DNA of 49,202 bases, taken from the NCBI GenBank assembly GCA_001600695.1, contig BCKQ01000003.1, positions 1,277,934-1,327,135 on the forward strand, given 5' to 3'. This DNA is from Ascoidea asiatica JCM 7603 (taxonomy: Eukaryota > Fungi > Ascomycota). This document shows positions 35,201-46,768 of this stretch, one piece after another. Position numbers and translations under genes: made by a program. Positions within the stretch are counted from its first letter, which is position 1; every line of letters starts with the position of its first letter. Under the pieces are notes generated by a model. The model did not search any database. It saw only the letters and a program-made list of their open reading frames with translations, and was not told the DNA's origin.

Positions 35201-35348
35201 CAAATTTATTATCAATTTCATTATCAATTTCAATTTCATTATCATCTTTGTCATTAATATTATTATGATTATTAGATTTAAAAGAAGTTGAAATAAAGGA
35301 TCTTGAATGAGATTTGGATATTAAAGAAGTATTTATATTTCTAATCAT
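32274..35348 (-). CDS. AEP1: Aep1-like mitochondrial ATP9 expression factor
   Basis: Blocks LPIPSNIIHPF, INLINIIINKF...LLDAKFIL...LPSILFLEEYI and TLEILRTLINFCKTPKELFHLLDLI resemble recalled Aep1. It also has a presequence-like N-terminus and a Puf3 site. Confidence 0.7.
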   Translation of the reverse strand: MIRNINTSLISKSHSRSFISTSFKSNNHNNINDKDDNEIEIDNEIDNKFDKKTIKRKKKIYSNDYYLKNLPIPSNIIHPFINLNNNKFLNNFIPNLISINPFIFNDIFTKLPLQYSNIKNLKFEFFLIQDLYKFNKILNLNHHLNSHFQFIHNNTTNTNNTNNTDNNLKNEIYFNETKIRNYRLIFNNSNVYSIWFKNFINFNYKNIIQFNKKIIYFNQFNKNFNDFNNFKKFLIPNYKNNIDLFFNQFNLSNISIESNEVNEVNEINEVNESLEEFSKNSKFQKLFKNLFITKDTQLILSLNYIINNKFNFLNLNQILNFLKFFINSINQNKFNHNDLLNFDSFQSILNQFLLFLLKNNNIYNHENNQNNQNNQNLKNYYNKIYLNSKLKLNNYIQFKNYYGENILNSPYLKISSNNNKNKEFEKKLEKNQNEIRKIIINLINIIINKFNVEISDFNKIILNNLFIFYINSNFLLDAKFILIILLHSKQSLPSILFLEEYILKTYNNEYIYRKKNLNNNENINENINENYNEYLEKNNEMENEFGIGIENENDYSNNNNNKNKNKNKNKEPKNVVNNNLLNYWKVLNFYFKDPKSIKTLEILRTLINFCKTPKELFHLLDLINLNKNILNLNYLKDKRLNNNLYNEEIFNKIEEIEKNIFDKKFLNKKDVFYLLFNEILNKFTYFYNDDFLAKKKLKEFISKSREIELNELIFKFQESEKKNNLISNTYNSYVSKRLILRKLIEFENISMIYRFIKFNKFLPSINFNFKKNEIENENKNQNVEKENEKEIEKEIEKEIELSKQIANINLYLVLAKRNKGIVKRKINTIIKVNQNRLKNSINSINKYSDEDVFNYEFNNNDNNLINSNYDYNELNEINENEFNDNVEYNLQKKNEEEKLDHKFFNDYIKFSPDSRISKIEENLLIQIYDEYIQEFQNNKSIEINNRFGIYLLLYYKGNNRKLNIFLNIFRKNYKPDFEKLETKNFEPKENFDEPLKDSKFDLEEEEEDDDDKKGGSGLLEELSK

Positions 35349-35816
35349 TTCTATTTGTATTAAAAGACATTGAGACTATTCAACTTCATTCAGTGATTCC
35401 TTCTGTTGTGATTCCTTCTCTTGTTGATTCTCTTGTTGTTGTTGTTGTTGTAAATGAATTGATTCTCTTCTTCTTCTTCTTCTTTAATCCTTTAAATTCA
35501 GAGGGTTTTTGAAATTGAATTGAAATTGAATTGAAATTAAGCGCCGAGGAAATTTCTCAAAGTGGCAAAGGTTACCCGGATAAACAACAACAACAACAAC
35601 TGTAACTTTTTTATTACTTACTGATTGTTACTTACTGATTGTATTCCAAGCTCGTTATTCTCGATACGACAATAATACTAGTACTATAATGTATTACTTA
35701 TAATGTATTACTTATAATGTATTACTTATGATGTATTAATATAATCTATGATAGTACTGATAGTACTCAGGATATATTATTATTACTTATTTTATAATAC
35801 TTACATACAAACCCAT

Positions 35817-36494
35817 TTAAACTTCATGAGCTTTTGGAATTAAATAAGTATCTTCTGGATAAAAAATTAATCTTTCAATATTATCTTTTGTTAATATTAC
35901 CATTCTTATAACACCACCAGAACTACCATCCCATTTAATTGCTTGACTTAAAGAATTTTTAATAAATAAAATTGTTTCATTTTTATTCATATCTTTTTTA
36001 AAATTTTCATTACAATATCCATAAATATATGTTGATCCAGATCCACCAATTGCATAATCTTGTTCATGAATTGATCCACCTAAAGGTATTGAATAAATTT
36101 TTCCAATTTTTTCAAAATCATCATAACCTGCACATATAATTCCTGCAGAAAGTTGATCTTTATTAGAATAACATAATTCTTGAAAGATATATGCTGCATC
36201 TTTAATTTTTGGTTTTTTAATAAAATTTAATTGACTATATTTCATTTGTAAATGATAACTAACAATATCTGAAATTGCTTGAGTATCTGCTGCTGATCCT
36301 GATCTACAACACCAAATCTTTTCATGAACTTGAGTTAATTTATCTGTAACTCTATTAGCAATATATGATCCAGTTGTAGTTCTAGAATCTGCTCCTAATA
36401 TAACTCCATCTTTAAATTTCACTGCCATTATTGAAGTACCAAGACTTACTTCTCCCTTTTTTAGGTGATTCATATCAACATTAATTCCATTCAT
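35817..36494 (-). CDS. PRE3: 20S proteasome beta1 subunit
   Basis: LKKGEVSLG/TSIMAV propeptide cleavage site, GADSRTTTGSYIANRVTDKLT, GGSGS, WDGSSGGVIRM. Confidence 0.97.
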   Translation of the reverse strand: MNGINVDMNHLKKGEVSLGTSIMAVKFKDGVILGADSRTTTGSYIANRVTDKLTQVHEKIWCCRSGSAADTQAISDIVSYHLQMKYSQLNFIKKPKIKDAAYIFQELCYSNKDQLSAGIICAGYDDFEKIGKIYSIPLGGSIHEQDYAIGGSGSTYIYGYCNENFKKDMNKNETILFIKNSLSQAIKWDGSSGGVIRMVILTKDNIERLIFYPEDTYLIPKAHEV

Positions 36495-36653
36495 TTTATT
36501 ACTACCTCACTACTTCACTACTTCTATTACTACTTCAATTACAATTACAATTACAATTACAATTCAATTGACCTATATTCAATAAATAACTCTTCTTCAA
36601 CTACTACTACTACTACTACAACTACATTTATCTCTCTTCTTTGTTCACTTTTC

Positions 36654-36662
36654 ATTGCCACT
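36654..36662 (-). promoter_or_regulatory. PACE-like (Rpn4) element upstream of PRE3
   Basis: AGTGGCAAT on the minus strand, 160 bp upstream of the ATG; an imperfect match to RGTGGCAAA. Confidence 0.45.
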
Positions 36663-36889
36663 GCTCAGATTCAAAATAACTTAAAAAACAACCACGCAGG
36701 GTAACACTCCTGAAGAAGTTCCTTATTTCTGGTCTCATTTCAATTATAAAATTTAATTCCAATAAAAATGTGAATAAATAAAAATATAAAAAAAAATAAA
36801 GGTTTAATTAATATTTAATAATGAATAATGAATAATTATAAAAAGAACTACTACTATTACTACTGCATTTGAAAAAAGAAAAGATTATA

Positions 36890-38104
36890 ATGTCAAAGTC
36901 TACAACTTTTATTCTTGGTTGTGGAAATATTGGTTGTTTAGTTGCAACTTCTTTACAAAAAATTTCAAATTCAGAAATTTCTTTATTATTTAAAGATGAT
37001 TATAATTTAAATTTATTTAAAAAAAATAATTCAAAAATTTCAATAATTAATTCAAATTTAAAATTAAATAATTATAAATTTAAAAATTCTTTTACTTCAA
37101 ATAATTTTAAAAATATAAAAATTTATGATAATTTTAAAAAAAAATCAAATCATATTGAAAATTTAATTATTACAACTAAATCTTTTCAAACTTTTAATTC
37201 AATTTTACCTTATAAACATTTAATAAATTTAAATACAAATATAATTTTAATTCAAAATGGTTATAATTTAAATATTATTAATAAAATTTATAAAATTTTT
37301 AAAAAAAATTTTAATTTTAAACCAAATATTTATCATGGTATTATAAATCATGGAATTTATAAAAATTTTGAAAATAATTTTAAATTTAATCATAATTCAA
37401 TTGGTAATTTAAAATTATGTAAAATTCCAAAAAATTTAAAAAATTATTTACCTTCAAATAATATTATTAATAATAATCAAGATATTTATAATGATATTCA
37501 ATCTGATATTGATATTAACAATGAAGATGAAGATGATGAATCAACTAAAATCCCAGAAATTATAAAAGATTTTGAAAAATCTGATTTAAATACAATAATT
37601 TTTAATAATTATAATGAATTTCAATTAATAATATTTGAAAAAATGATAATAAATTCAATTATTAATCCATTAACTGTATTATTTAATTGTAAAAATGGTG
37701 ATTTATTAAAAATTTCAAATCTTAAAAAATTAATAAATTTATTACTTAATGAAGATTTAAATATTTTAAATTTAAAATTTAATAAATTATTTAATTCAAT
37801 TAATAAAAATAATAAAAATAATTCAAATGAATTAATACCGGAAATAATTTTAAATAAAGAAAGATTATTTAATATAATTATAGAAATTTTATTAAAAACT
37901 TCAAAAAATTATTCATCAATGTTTCAAGATATAAGAAATTTAAAAAAAACAGAAATTTTTGAATTAAATTATAAATTTGTTGAATTAATTGGTAAAGAAA
38001 ATTTTAATTTAGCAAAATCAAATTATTTAATAACTTTATTAATTAATTCTCAAATTGAAATGATAAATTTTAAAAATTATAATCAATTTAAATCAAATTT
38101 ATAA
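36890..38104 (+). CDS. PAN5: 2-dehydropantoate 2-reductase
   Basis: GCGNIG Rossmann motif, ITTKSFQT, LIQNG, EKMIINSIINPLT, SSMFQD, TEI. The first ATG is at 36890. Confidence 0.88.
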   Translation: MSKSTTFILGCGNIGCLVATSLQKISNSEISLLFKDDYNLNLFKKNNSKISIINSNLKLNNYKFKNSFTSNNFKNIKIYDNFKKKSNHIENLIITTKSFQTFNSILPYKHLINLNTNIILIQNGYNLNIINKIYKIFKKNFNFKPNIYHGIINHGIYKNFENNFKFNHNSIGNLKLCKIPKNLKNYLPSNNIINNNQDIYNDIQSDIDINNEDEDDESTKIPEIIKDFEKSDLNTIIFNNYNEFQLIIFEKMIINSIINPLTVLFNCKNGDLLKISNLKKLINLLLNEDLNILNLKFNKLFNSINKNNKNNSNELIPEIILNKERLFNIIIEILLKTSKNYSSMFQDIRNLKKTEIFELNYKFVELIGKENFNLAKSNYLITLLINSQIEMINFKNYNQFKSNL

Positions 38105-38181
38105 TAAATTTATATATATAATATATAGAATGTATAAAATATATAGAATATATATAGAAATATGAAATTAATAAAGGATAT

Positions 38182-39735
38182 TTAATGTTCTAAGATTTTT
38201 AAATTACCAGTAATTACAACATTTTCTAAAATTGAACCATTTGGAATATCAATTGATTGACCATCTTGACAAACAATGATGACAGTACCTTTTAAAGTAA
38301 CACTATTACCTAAATTAACATTACCAGTAATTGTTAAATGATCTAATTCTAAAATTTTTGGCATTGAATTAATTCTTGATTGAAAATCTTTAACTTTTTT
38401 AAAATGAGAACCTAATTTTATTAATGGTGTACCACCAAATCTACTTTGATCAATAATTAAAGAACCATGATTTAAATTAAATAAATCAGATTTAACTAAC
38501 ATTAAATCTGAAGTTGTTTTTACTGGTAAAAATCTTGATCTTGGTACAACAATACCACTTGCATTATTAAAATGTCTAATTGAAGCACCAATTGCAGTTT
38601 CTAATTGTAAAATATTAATTTCATTATTATTAATATTATTAATAGTTTTAAAATTTGGTATAATTTCAACATCTAATTTATTTAATTCAACTAATCTTTT
38701 TATAGCTTTTAAATTAATCCATAAATTATTTGTATTAAAATTTTTAAATTTTTTAATTGATTTAAATTCTTCAATATGTTCATTTGGTACTTGAGCAATT
38801 TCTAATAATCTTACTTGACCTTCATAATTTATTAAAGTACCACCTTTAACATCAGCTCTAGTTTTATCAGTTAATTCCATAATATATTCATTTTTATTTT
38901 GAATAATATTATTTAAAATTTTTAAATCAACAGTTGCACCTAAATTATCACCATTTGAAACAAATAAAATTTCTTTACCTTGATTAATTAAATCATCTAA
39001 TAAACCAGAATTATTTAAACTTTCAAATAAATCACCATGACCAGGTGGATACCAAGATTTTAAATTATCATTAAAATTTAATGGTACAGGTAATAAAGAA
39101 TCTTTTAAAATTCTTGGAAATTTAGATTGATTAAAAGTTTTAATTTTAATTCTATGACCTTGATATTTTTTAATTAAATTTTTTGTATCATTATCAGTAT
39201 TAAAAGAATTCATTAAAATTAAAGGTACATTTGAATTAAATTTTCTATTAAGATATTCAATTTGTCTTACAGATAAATCTAAAAATGTATTACCATCTCT
39301 AACTTCAATAATTGATTTTGGACCAATACAACCCATAGAAGTACCTAAACCACCATTTAATTTTAATACAGCTAATTTATCTAAATTTGAATTTGTAATA
39401 TTAGATGAAGTAGTAGATGAATTAGAAGTTGTTGTAGAATTTGATAATTGATTATAATTTAATAATTGATTTTTTAAAGGAGATTGAATTTTATCCCAAT
39501 TTAAAGTATTACCAGAAGCTTTATCAGATAAATATTTTCTAAATAAATTAAAAAAATTATCCATTTGAATTTCAAAATTTTTTTTTAAAATTGGATCATT
39601 TACAGTATCAGATAATTTATTTAATGAATTTCTCATTTGAGCAGCTGCAATTGAAGTTGTAGTATTATCAAAAGCATAAGCACTTTGAGATTTAATATGA
39701 TTCTTTGAAGAAGAGATTAAATCTGAATTTGACAT
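38182..39735 (-). CDS. UGP1: UTP-glucose-1-phosphate uridylyltransferase
   Basis: [35 protein letters not shown], and a C-terminal ILEH. The conserved N-terminus begins at the Met at 39735. Confidence 0.97.
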   Translation of the reverse strand: MSNSDLISSSKNHIKSQSAYAFDNTTTSIAAAQMRNSLNKLSDTVNDPILKKNFEIQMDNFFNLFRKYLSDKASGNTLNWDKIQSPLKNQLLNYNQLSNSTTTSNSSTTSSNITNSNLDKLAVLKLNGGLGTSMGCIGPKSIIEVRDGNTFLDLSVRQIEYLNRKFNSNVPLILMNSFNTDNDTKNLIKKYQGHRIKIKTFNQSKFPRILKDSLLPVPLNFNDNLKSWYPPGHGDLFESLNNSGLLDDLINQGKEILFVSNGDNLGATVDLKILNNIIQNKNEYIMELTDKTRADVKGGTLINYEGQVRLLEIAQVPNEHIEEFKSIKKFKNFNTNNLWINLKAIKRLVELNKLDVEIIPNFKTINNINNNEINILQLETAIGASIRHFNNASGIVVPRSRFLPVKTTSDLMLVKSDLFNLNHGSLIIDQSRFGGTPLIKLGSHFKKVKDFQSRINSMPKILELDHLTITGNVNLGNSVTLKGTVIIVCQDGQSIDIPNGSILENVVITGNLKILEH

Positions 39736-41247
39736 TTTGAAATGATTGAAATGATTGAAATGATTGAAATGATAAATTGAAGAGGAATTATTTAAGAAAT
39801 TTGAAGTAAAAGAAATAAAGTTATTATTAAAATATATATAAAAAAAAAACCAATTTGAAATACAATTAAATATAAAGAATATTAATAATATATATATTAA
39901 AATTAAATTTTGATTCATAAAATTATAATATTACTTTAAATTGAAAATGATTATAATTTAGAAATAGTAAGAATTAAATTTCAAATTTTAAAGATGAATA
40001 TTAAAAGTTACTTTAATTGGGGGAATTGAATGAATTTTGAAAGAATTAAAGAGATTGATTTAATTGAATTCAATGAATGATTAGTTATTATATCTTGTTA
40101 ATGAATGGTAATTGAACAATAAGAAAGAAAGAGAATTGAAAGAAAGAAAGAAATAAAAGAAGGTTACTTTCACCTGTTTCCTTTATTTGAAGAGTCTGTT
40201 CATTTCCCAGCTCCAGCCAAGCTCATCGAAGACTGAACACGTGCGGAAGGGCAGCACGCCGTTTTTAAGCGCTGAGATTTGTTGTTTGTTTGTTTGTTTG
40301 TTTGTTTGCCACCCGAAAACAGCAGAAAGAGAAGAAGAAAGACAGGAAATAAATAAAGGTCTATGCAATTATAGGAAATACTTCAGAAACACTTCAGAAA
40401 CACTTCAAAAACACTTCAGAAACATATCAGAAATGAAGAAGGAAGAGAATAAGACAATCAGAAAGTAGGAAATGACGAACAAGAATCTAAAGTCGAGAAT
40501 GCTTTTAAGACAATAAAGAACCTGATGATGCTGATAGGCTTCTTTCCATCACATTTCTCGAGCACATGGCTTCTTCTTATCAATTTATTATCAATTTATT
40601 ATCAAAACATTGTCATATTCATTCAAATATCCTATCACAATGTCTCACTGCTTTCAAATATTCATTCAATCATATTCTCATTTTCTTTATTTTAATCAAA
40701 TAATTCAATCAAATCTCCGGGAATATTATTGAATTAATTTATCAAAATCTTCATTTCATAAATTATATTCTTAACGCCTATTAATTCATCTTATAAAGAT
40801 ATTTATTAATTTATTATAACTTATTAGAAATGATAAAATTGATATTAAATTTGATATTAAAATTTGATATTGATATTGATATTAATATTAATATTGATAT
40901 TGATATTGATATTTATATTTATACTTAAATATTCTTTAAAGAAGGTAAAAAGTTTGTAAAATAAAAAATAAAAAATAAAATAAAATAAAATAAAATAATT
41001 AGGTAGTAAGAACAAATTATAACCTTAATAAATTAATATTAAAAAGTAAAAAACAAGAATTAATAAAATTTTATATATATATAATTAAATTATCATCAAT
41101 CATCAATATCAATATCAATATCAATATCAATATTTTGTCATTTAAAAAGTGTAATTGAAAATAATAATAATAAAAGTAATAATAATAGTAAGATAAAACA
41201 AAAGAATAGAAAAGAAATTTAATGAATAAAAAATTATTAAAAAATTA

Positions 41248-43080
41248 TTATAAAAAATTTGATTGAATTTCCCAAATATTTAAACATTCATTAACAAATT
41301 TCTTTTTATCTAATTTATCTTCTCCACTTTTAATAAAATTAAATTCAAAATCTCTTCCTCCAAATGAAAAATTTGCTTGAATATCCATTTTTATACCCAT
41401 ATTTTCTGTTGAAACAAATTCGGCATTTTCTTCAATTGCTTTTTGTTCAACATCATCATCATCTTCCTCTTCTTCTTCTTCTTCTTCTTCTTCATTCTGA
41501 CTAAAGTTTTCTTCATCTTCATCTTGTTCTCTTAATTTTGAATTTGAATTACTTAATGGACTATTTGAATTAATTTTTTTATTATTTAATTTTAAATTTT
41601 TCTTATTTTTTAATGGTCTATTTATTTCAAACATTTCTTCTTTTGCACTTAATGGTTGTACATTTAATGGTGCAATTCTTGTAAATTCTCCTGGAAATAC
41701 ATCTGTTACATGTGGTGTATTTGGATTTTTTACTCCATTTTTTTTAAAAATTGGTAATTTTAATTCTGTCTTTTTAATATTATTTTCTTGTTTTTGTTTT
41801 TGATTTTGTTTTTGTAACATTTGTGATTGAGATTGTTGTTGAAATTGTCTAAAATATGGATGATTAAATGTTGAAGATTTTGGTGTATTTAAATATGTTG
41901 ATGAATTTGAATTTATTTTTCCTGATAAATTTTTAATATTATTAATTGTATTTATATTATTAAGTTGTGTAAAATAATTATAATAATATGGATAAAGATT
42001 TTTAAAAGAAAGTGAAACTGAAGTTTGTGGAATTGGATTATTAAAATTATTATTATTAGTGCTAAAAGGTGTAAAAGCATTTGCAGTATATGGACTATAA
42101 AAATTTATATTTGAATTTCCTGTTGTAGTTGAACTTAAATGTGATTGATTTATTGAAGATATTGGATTTATATTATGATAATTAGATAATTTTATATTTG
42201 ATTTCATTTTAATTGGAGCTGATTGAATAGAATTATTAACTAAATTTAGATCTGTAGCTAATTTTATATTAATTGGAGCAGGTGGAGCTTTTCTTCTTTT
42301 TGTTAAATTTTTTGAAAATGATGAATTTTTTAATCTTGCAGATATTGGATAAGATTCTGAATTATTAGAAATTGAAGATTCTTTCTCTTCTTTTTCTTTT
42401 TGTTTCTTTTCCTTTTCCTTTTCTTCTTTTTCTTCAATGGTTTCATTATCTAATTGTTCTTCTTTAATGGTATGATTATTTTGTTCTAACATTATAGAAA
42501 CATCTCTTTTTTTTGGATTAATTTTATAATTTGAATTACTAGTTGAATTTGAATTTGAATTTGAATTTGAATTTGAATTTGATTTTAAAGATTTATAAGA
42601 TTTTAATTGTTGTGAGAAAGAATTTGATAAAGGAGTATTACAAGCAGAAATTGAAATATTTTTTTTAAAATTTAATCTTCTTGAATTAATTAATTCTCTT
42701 TGATGAGCTTCAATAGATTTTGATAAATATAAAGTATTTTTCATTTCTGCACTTAATGGAGGTAAACCTGGTGATAAACATTGTATAGCATAATTTTCCA
42801 TTGTTTTTGGTTTTAAAGTAATTGTTTGTTTTTTAATATTTGTATTTGAACCTTGAATAAATTTTGAATTATTATTTGAATCTGGATTTGAATTTGAATT
42901 TGAATTTGAATTTGAATTTGAATTTGGAGTTGAATTACTTTGTGAATTGTTGGTATTATTATTGTTATTGGTAGTATTATTATTATTATTATTATTACTA
43001 TTATTATTTGTAATATTTGTATCTTGGATTTGAATTTGAGGTAAATTTGAATTATCTTTAATTTGAATTGAGACTGACAT
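41248..43080 (-). CDS. DIG1: Dig1/Dig2-like MAPK-regulated Ste12 inhibitor
   Basis: MAPK docking motif KRRKAPPAPINI, plus QSAP, AIEENA and C-terminal FEFNF...DKKKFVNECLNIWE, matching recalled Dig1 blocks. Confidence 0.75.
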   Translation of the reverse strand: MSVSIQIKDNSNLPQIQIQDTNITNNNSNNNNNNNTTNNNNNTNNSQSNSTPNSNSNSNSNSNSNPDSNNNSKFIQGSNTNIKKQTITLKPKTMENYAIQCLSPGLPPLSAEMKNTLYLSKSIEAHQRELINSRRLNFKKNISISACNTPLSNSFSQQLKSYKSLKSNSNSNSNSNSNSTSNSNYKINPKKRDVSIMLEQNNHTIKEEQLDNETIEEKEEKEKEKKQKEKEEKESSISNNSESYPISARLKNSSFSKNLTKRRKAPPAPINIKLATDLNLVNNSIQSAPIKMKSNIKLSNYHNINPISSINQSHLSSTTTGNSNINFYSPYTANAFTPFSTNNNNFNNPIPQTSVSLSFKNLYPYYYNYFTQLNNINTINNIKNLSGKINSNSSTYLNTPKSSTFNHPYFRQFQQQSQSQMLQKQNQKQKQENNIKKTELKLPIFKKNGVKNPNTPHVTDVFPGEFTRIAPLNVQPLSAKEEMFEINRPLKNKKNLKLNNKKINSNSPLSNSNSKLREQDEDEENFSQNEEEEEEEEEEDDDDVEQKAIEENAEFVSTENMGIKMDIQANFSFGGRDFEFNFIKSGEDKLDKKKFVNECLNIWEIQSNFL

Positions 43081-44827
43081 TTTTGATAATATTTATATAA
43101 AAAAAAATAATTGTAAAAATAAAATAAAAGTAAGTTTTATGAATTTGATAAAATTTGATTAAGTATTACTGTAGTGTTGAATGTAAAAGTAAAAATAATA
43201 AGATATAATAAGATATAATAGGAAAAAAATGTAGGAGAAGATTATTTGAATTTAAGTAATCGTTTTTAAAGAATATTTGAATAAACGAAACAATGGATGT
43301 GATAATATATTTGAGATTATATTTAATGAATTATTGAACAAATAACTTTTGGATTATTGAATATAATGATAAAGATTAACGATGTTTAAGATAAAATAAA
43401 TTAATACAATTTTTTTAAATGATACAATAAAGGAGATCTTTAAATATTTTGTTTTTTTCTTATATAATTTGATTCTTTCTTTGTTTATTTATTTACTTGA
43501 TTGTTTGATTATTTGATTATTGTAAATATATTTATGGATAAATTACTTTATAAAAGGGGAAAGTTATAAGTAATTTACAAATTTTATTTCAATTTTAGTT
43601 TCATATATGATTAACAATTTACAAATTCAAATAATATAAAACAAATAATATTATATTAATATTATATTAATATTATATTAATATTGTATTAATATTTTAA
43701 TATTTTTGTTTAAAAATACTTAAAAGTATTAAAAGTATTAAAAGTATTGAGAGATTATTGAAAATCAATAGAAAGAATAAAAAATAAAGAGATTGATGTT
43801 GATGATAATGATAATGATGATGATGAATATGGAGATAGATTAATAGATTAATTAATTAATTAATTGATTGATTGATTAAATGATTATAAATGTGAATTAG
43901 TGATATAAAATAAGGACTAATATAAATTTTAAAAATGTATAGATGTATAGAAGTATTGTAAGGGAGAATAATTTTAAATTAATTAATGATAAATTCTTAT
44001 TTGAATCCTTTTTGAATACAAATTTGAATTTAATTTAAAACTATAGTATTAATATTAATATTAATATTAATATAATTTATATTATAATTCTTCTTTGATG
44101 AAGATCTTTTTAATAAATTTATAAGTAGAGTAAGTAGAGTAAGTAGATCAAGTTTTAATTATGAAAGATGTAAGTAATATTCTTATTTAAATTACTTTGT
44201 TTTAATATTTTTAAACAAAAGTTATTTTATTAGATAAATGAAATATGAAACTTTTATTAGTTTCAATTATGTAACCGTTTTAATACAATATAATATAATA
44301 CAATAACTATGATATAATAGAATTGATACTTTTTAAAGATACAAGAGTATTAATTATTATGAGAAGTTATGAAATTGTTTTATAATTTCACATTTCTTCA
44401 ATGAAATTATTCATTCATTTCTTTGATTCATTTCTATATTTGTTCATATTTATTTTTATTTCTCTTTTAAAGCTTTATTTTCAATATTTTTATTTCCTTT
44501 TGGTAATATTTTTTACTTTTATGTGCTTTGATTCAAGATTGTGAGTGTTGAGAGTATTTTCACGGACCTTACAGAAAAAATCGAGTGCATGTGGGAAAGA
44601 GCAGAAAACACATAAGGCTGGTGTGTGGCTGGAAATAACATATTGAAGTATGTGTGTTCGGTGCACTAGCCATCAATTGTTAAGCATTATTACTTTTTAT
44701 GAAGTCTACAAGCCATATACAAGGCTAGTATCAATACTTACTTCAAAATAGTCCATGAATGTGGCTCGTAAGCAGGTCATACGCTGCAGTACAGCCCCAG
44801 GCAGCAGGCGATGTCAATTTCAAAATC

Positions 44828-45404
44828 TGAAACATCGGCGGGAACGCGAAGTTGCGCCAAAACACAGCCCTTAAACAGCTGTGTCTTACACAAAATACCG
44901 TTTCAAACAGGGAAATATTAGTGTGTCCCATTTAAAGAAGTATTTTGGTTCCTTGTTAGCCTGTTTCAGCTGTTTCAGAGTACAATTCTATTCCGATTGG
45001 GACCTTTCCACGCAGTTTCAGTCTCAAAACGACTTTTTTCCAGTTTGTTTTACGTCTGAGCCGTGTTTGAGGTTCAAATTCAAAATGCTCAATTTGAGCC
45101 CGTCCTTAAAAATAGAATCCGCTGACGTAAGCAGCTTTTTTTGGTTTACTTTTGCTTTTTTTTTTCAGATTTGATTATGTAAAAGTAAATATAAGGAGAT
45201 AATTAATCAAGAAATACTTAAAATTTTACTAGTTATATTGTACGGATTTAAAAGTACTTTTTGAATTTATAAATACAAATAACAACAGAAAGAAACACTT
45301 TGTATTTAAGGGTTTTTGGAATAATAAATTTACCATAATATGAGTAGTCATGTGATATACGACCAGATAGAGCTATTTTGAATGAAGATTCCCGATTAGG
45401 AAAT
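44828..45404. promoter_or_regulatory. Ste12 PRE cluster plus an Mcm1-type site upstream of DIG1
   Basis: TGAAACA at 44828-44834, CGTTTCA at 44899-44905, TGTTTCA at 44962-44968 and 44971-44977, and TTCCCGATTAGGAAA at 45389-45403. Confidence 0.6.
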
Positions 45405-46705
45405 ACCCGTTTCTAAATCAAATTTTTAGGTTTTGGAGACCAAAACTGCGGGTCTTTTGTTTTTTAACTTGTTACCTGTTAAATATACAAAATGATTAAT
45501 TCTATTGATCTAACTTACAGTAATTCTCATATTTTCAATTTCATAAATCAGATTTATTAATGAAAATAAATTACAGAAAAAAGAGTTTATAAGCTAACAG
45601 TTACATTACAATTCTCCTTTATGTGCTGGTTTTGTTACACTTTATTGTATCTTATCCGATAATATTCTTAATTCAAGTTATTAAATACTTTATGCAATAT
45701 AAATTTGTAACTTTCTATATTTATTAAAATACTGTTCACTTAAAGTACAATAATTGTACATAAAAATATATGCAAGAAGTATAAGCTCTTTAATCTCATC
45801 AATCTTTAATAATTAACCACAAGGTTGCATTCAATTTTGTAAATCGTTCCTCCTTTAATTTCTTTTGAAATTGTAATTTACTTTAAATTTATAATCTCGA
45901 ACCAATAGAATTAGATAAAGTAACATAAGAAGTAAAGTAAGTAATAGTTTTTTTAACAAAGATTTATGAAATCATGTTGTTTCATTGTATTTTTGATTCA
46001 ACTCTCATTTAAATTAGCTAAATTTCCAAACTCTTTTATGAAAAACAAAACTTATTTGGAATACTTTTTTCCAAAACAATTCTCCTTTTTACTTTCATTT
46101 GTAATTTTATCCTATGCTTTGTAGTTTCACTCTAGCTTATTTCATTTTTACTTAGCTTTCCAAAACTAAGCTTAGAAGCTTTATAAGTTTGATTTAAGAA
46201 TTACATTGATTTTATTCATTCACTCCATATTAAATTTCTTTAATCCTTAATTAAATATTTTATTAATTGAAAAGCCCAAATCTGGTTTTACTTCAATACA
46301 ATTTCATAATTATAATAAAAACTAATTGTAACATTAATGGAATGCTATTTAAGCCATCTAAAATTCTGGAATGATGGTACCTTATAAAACTTTCCATTCA
46401 CCGCCAACGCCACCGCCACTTTTATCTAATCACTGCACTAAAAAATTCTAACATTGTGTTCATCAGCCCCACTTAGGTTTATCCGCGGTAGAAGAAATTT
46501 AATACGAAATAAAATTTAACTTAAGTTTAATTAACATAACATTTGATAAATTCCTTGGATTTAAGTTAACCGTTGGCGAGAAAATGCTTTGATAACTGAT
46601 TACATAATAACTTAAGTTTGTCAAGTAATTAATTAATTAATTAAGTAATTTATCAGTTGATTATTTTATCAATTAATTAATGCAATCAATAAATAAATTA
46701 ATCTC

Positions 46706-46768
46706 CAATTTAATTAACAATTTAATTAACAATTTAATTAACAATTTAATTAACAATTTAATTAACAA
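46706..46768 (+). repeat. 12-bp tandem repeat (CAATTTAATTAA)x5
   Basis: Five perfect copies read directly from the sequence. Confidence 0.9.

Noticed and set aside
6339-36704. Short ORFs overlapping real genes (6339, 7241, 8135, 10115, 13231, 15256, 18305, 21980, 22115, 23609, 30698, 34454, 36465)
   Set aside because: These are antisense or alternate-frame shadows of low-complexity AT-rich genes, many with non-ATG starts.
24565-45174. Short ORFs in intergenic regions (24565, 28715, 29060, 29109, 31829, 40183, 40187, 44743, 44881)
   Set aside because: They arise from GC-rich promoter islands or microsatellites, and their codon usage is unlike the real genes.
35686-46768. Tandem repeats (ATAATGTATTACTT, GAAACACTTCA, 12-mer) as CRISPR or telomeric arrays
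   Set aside because: They have no spacers, the context is eukaryotic, and they are internal simple minisatellites.
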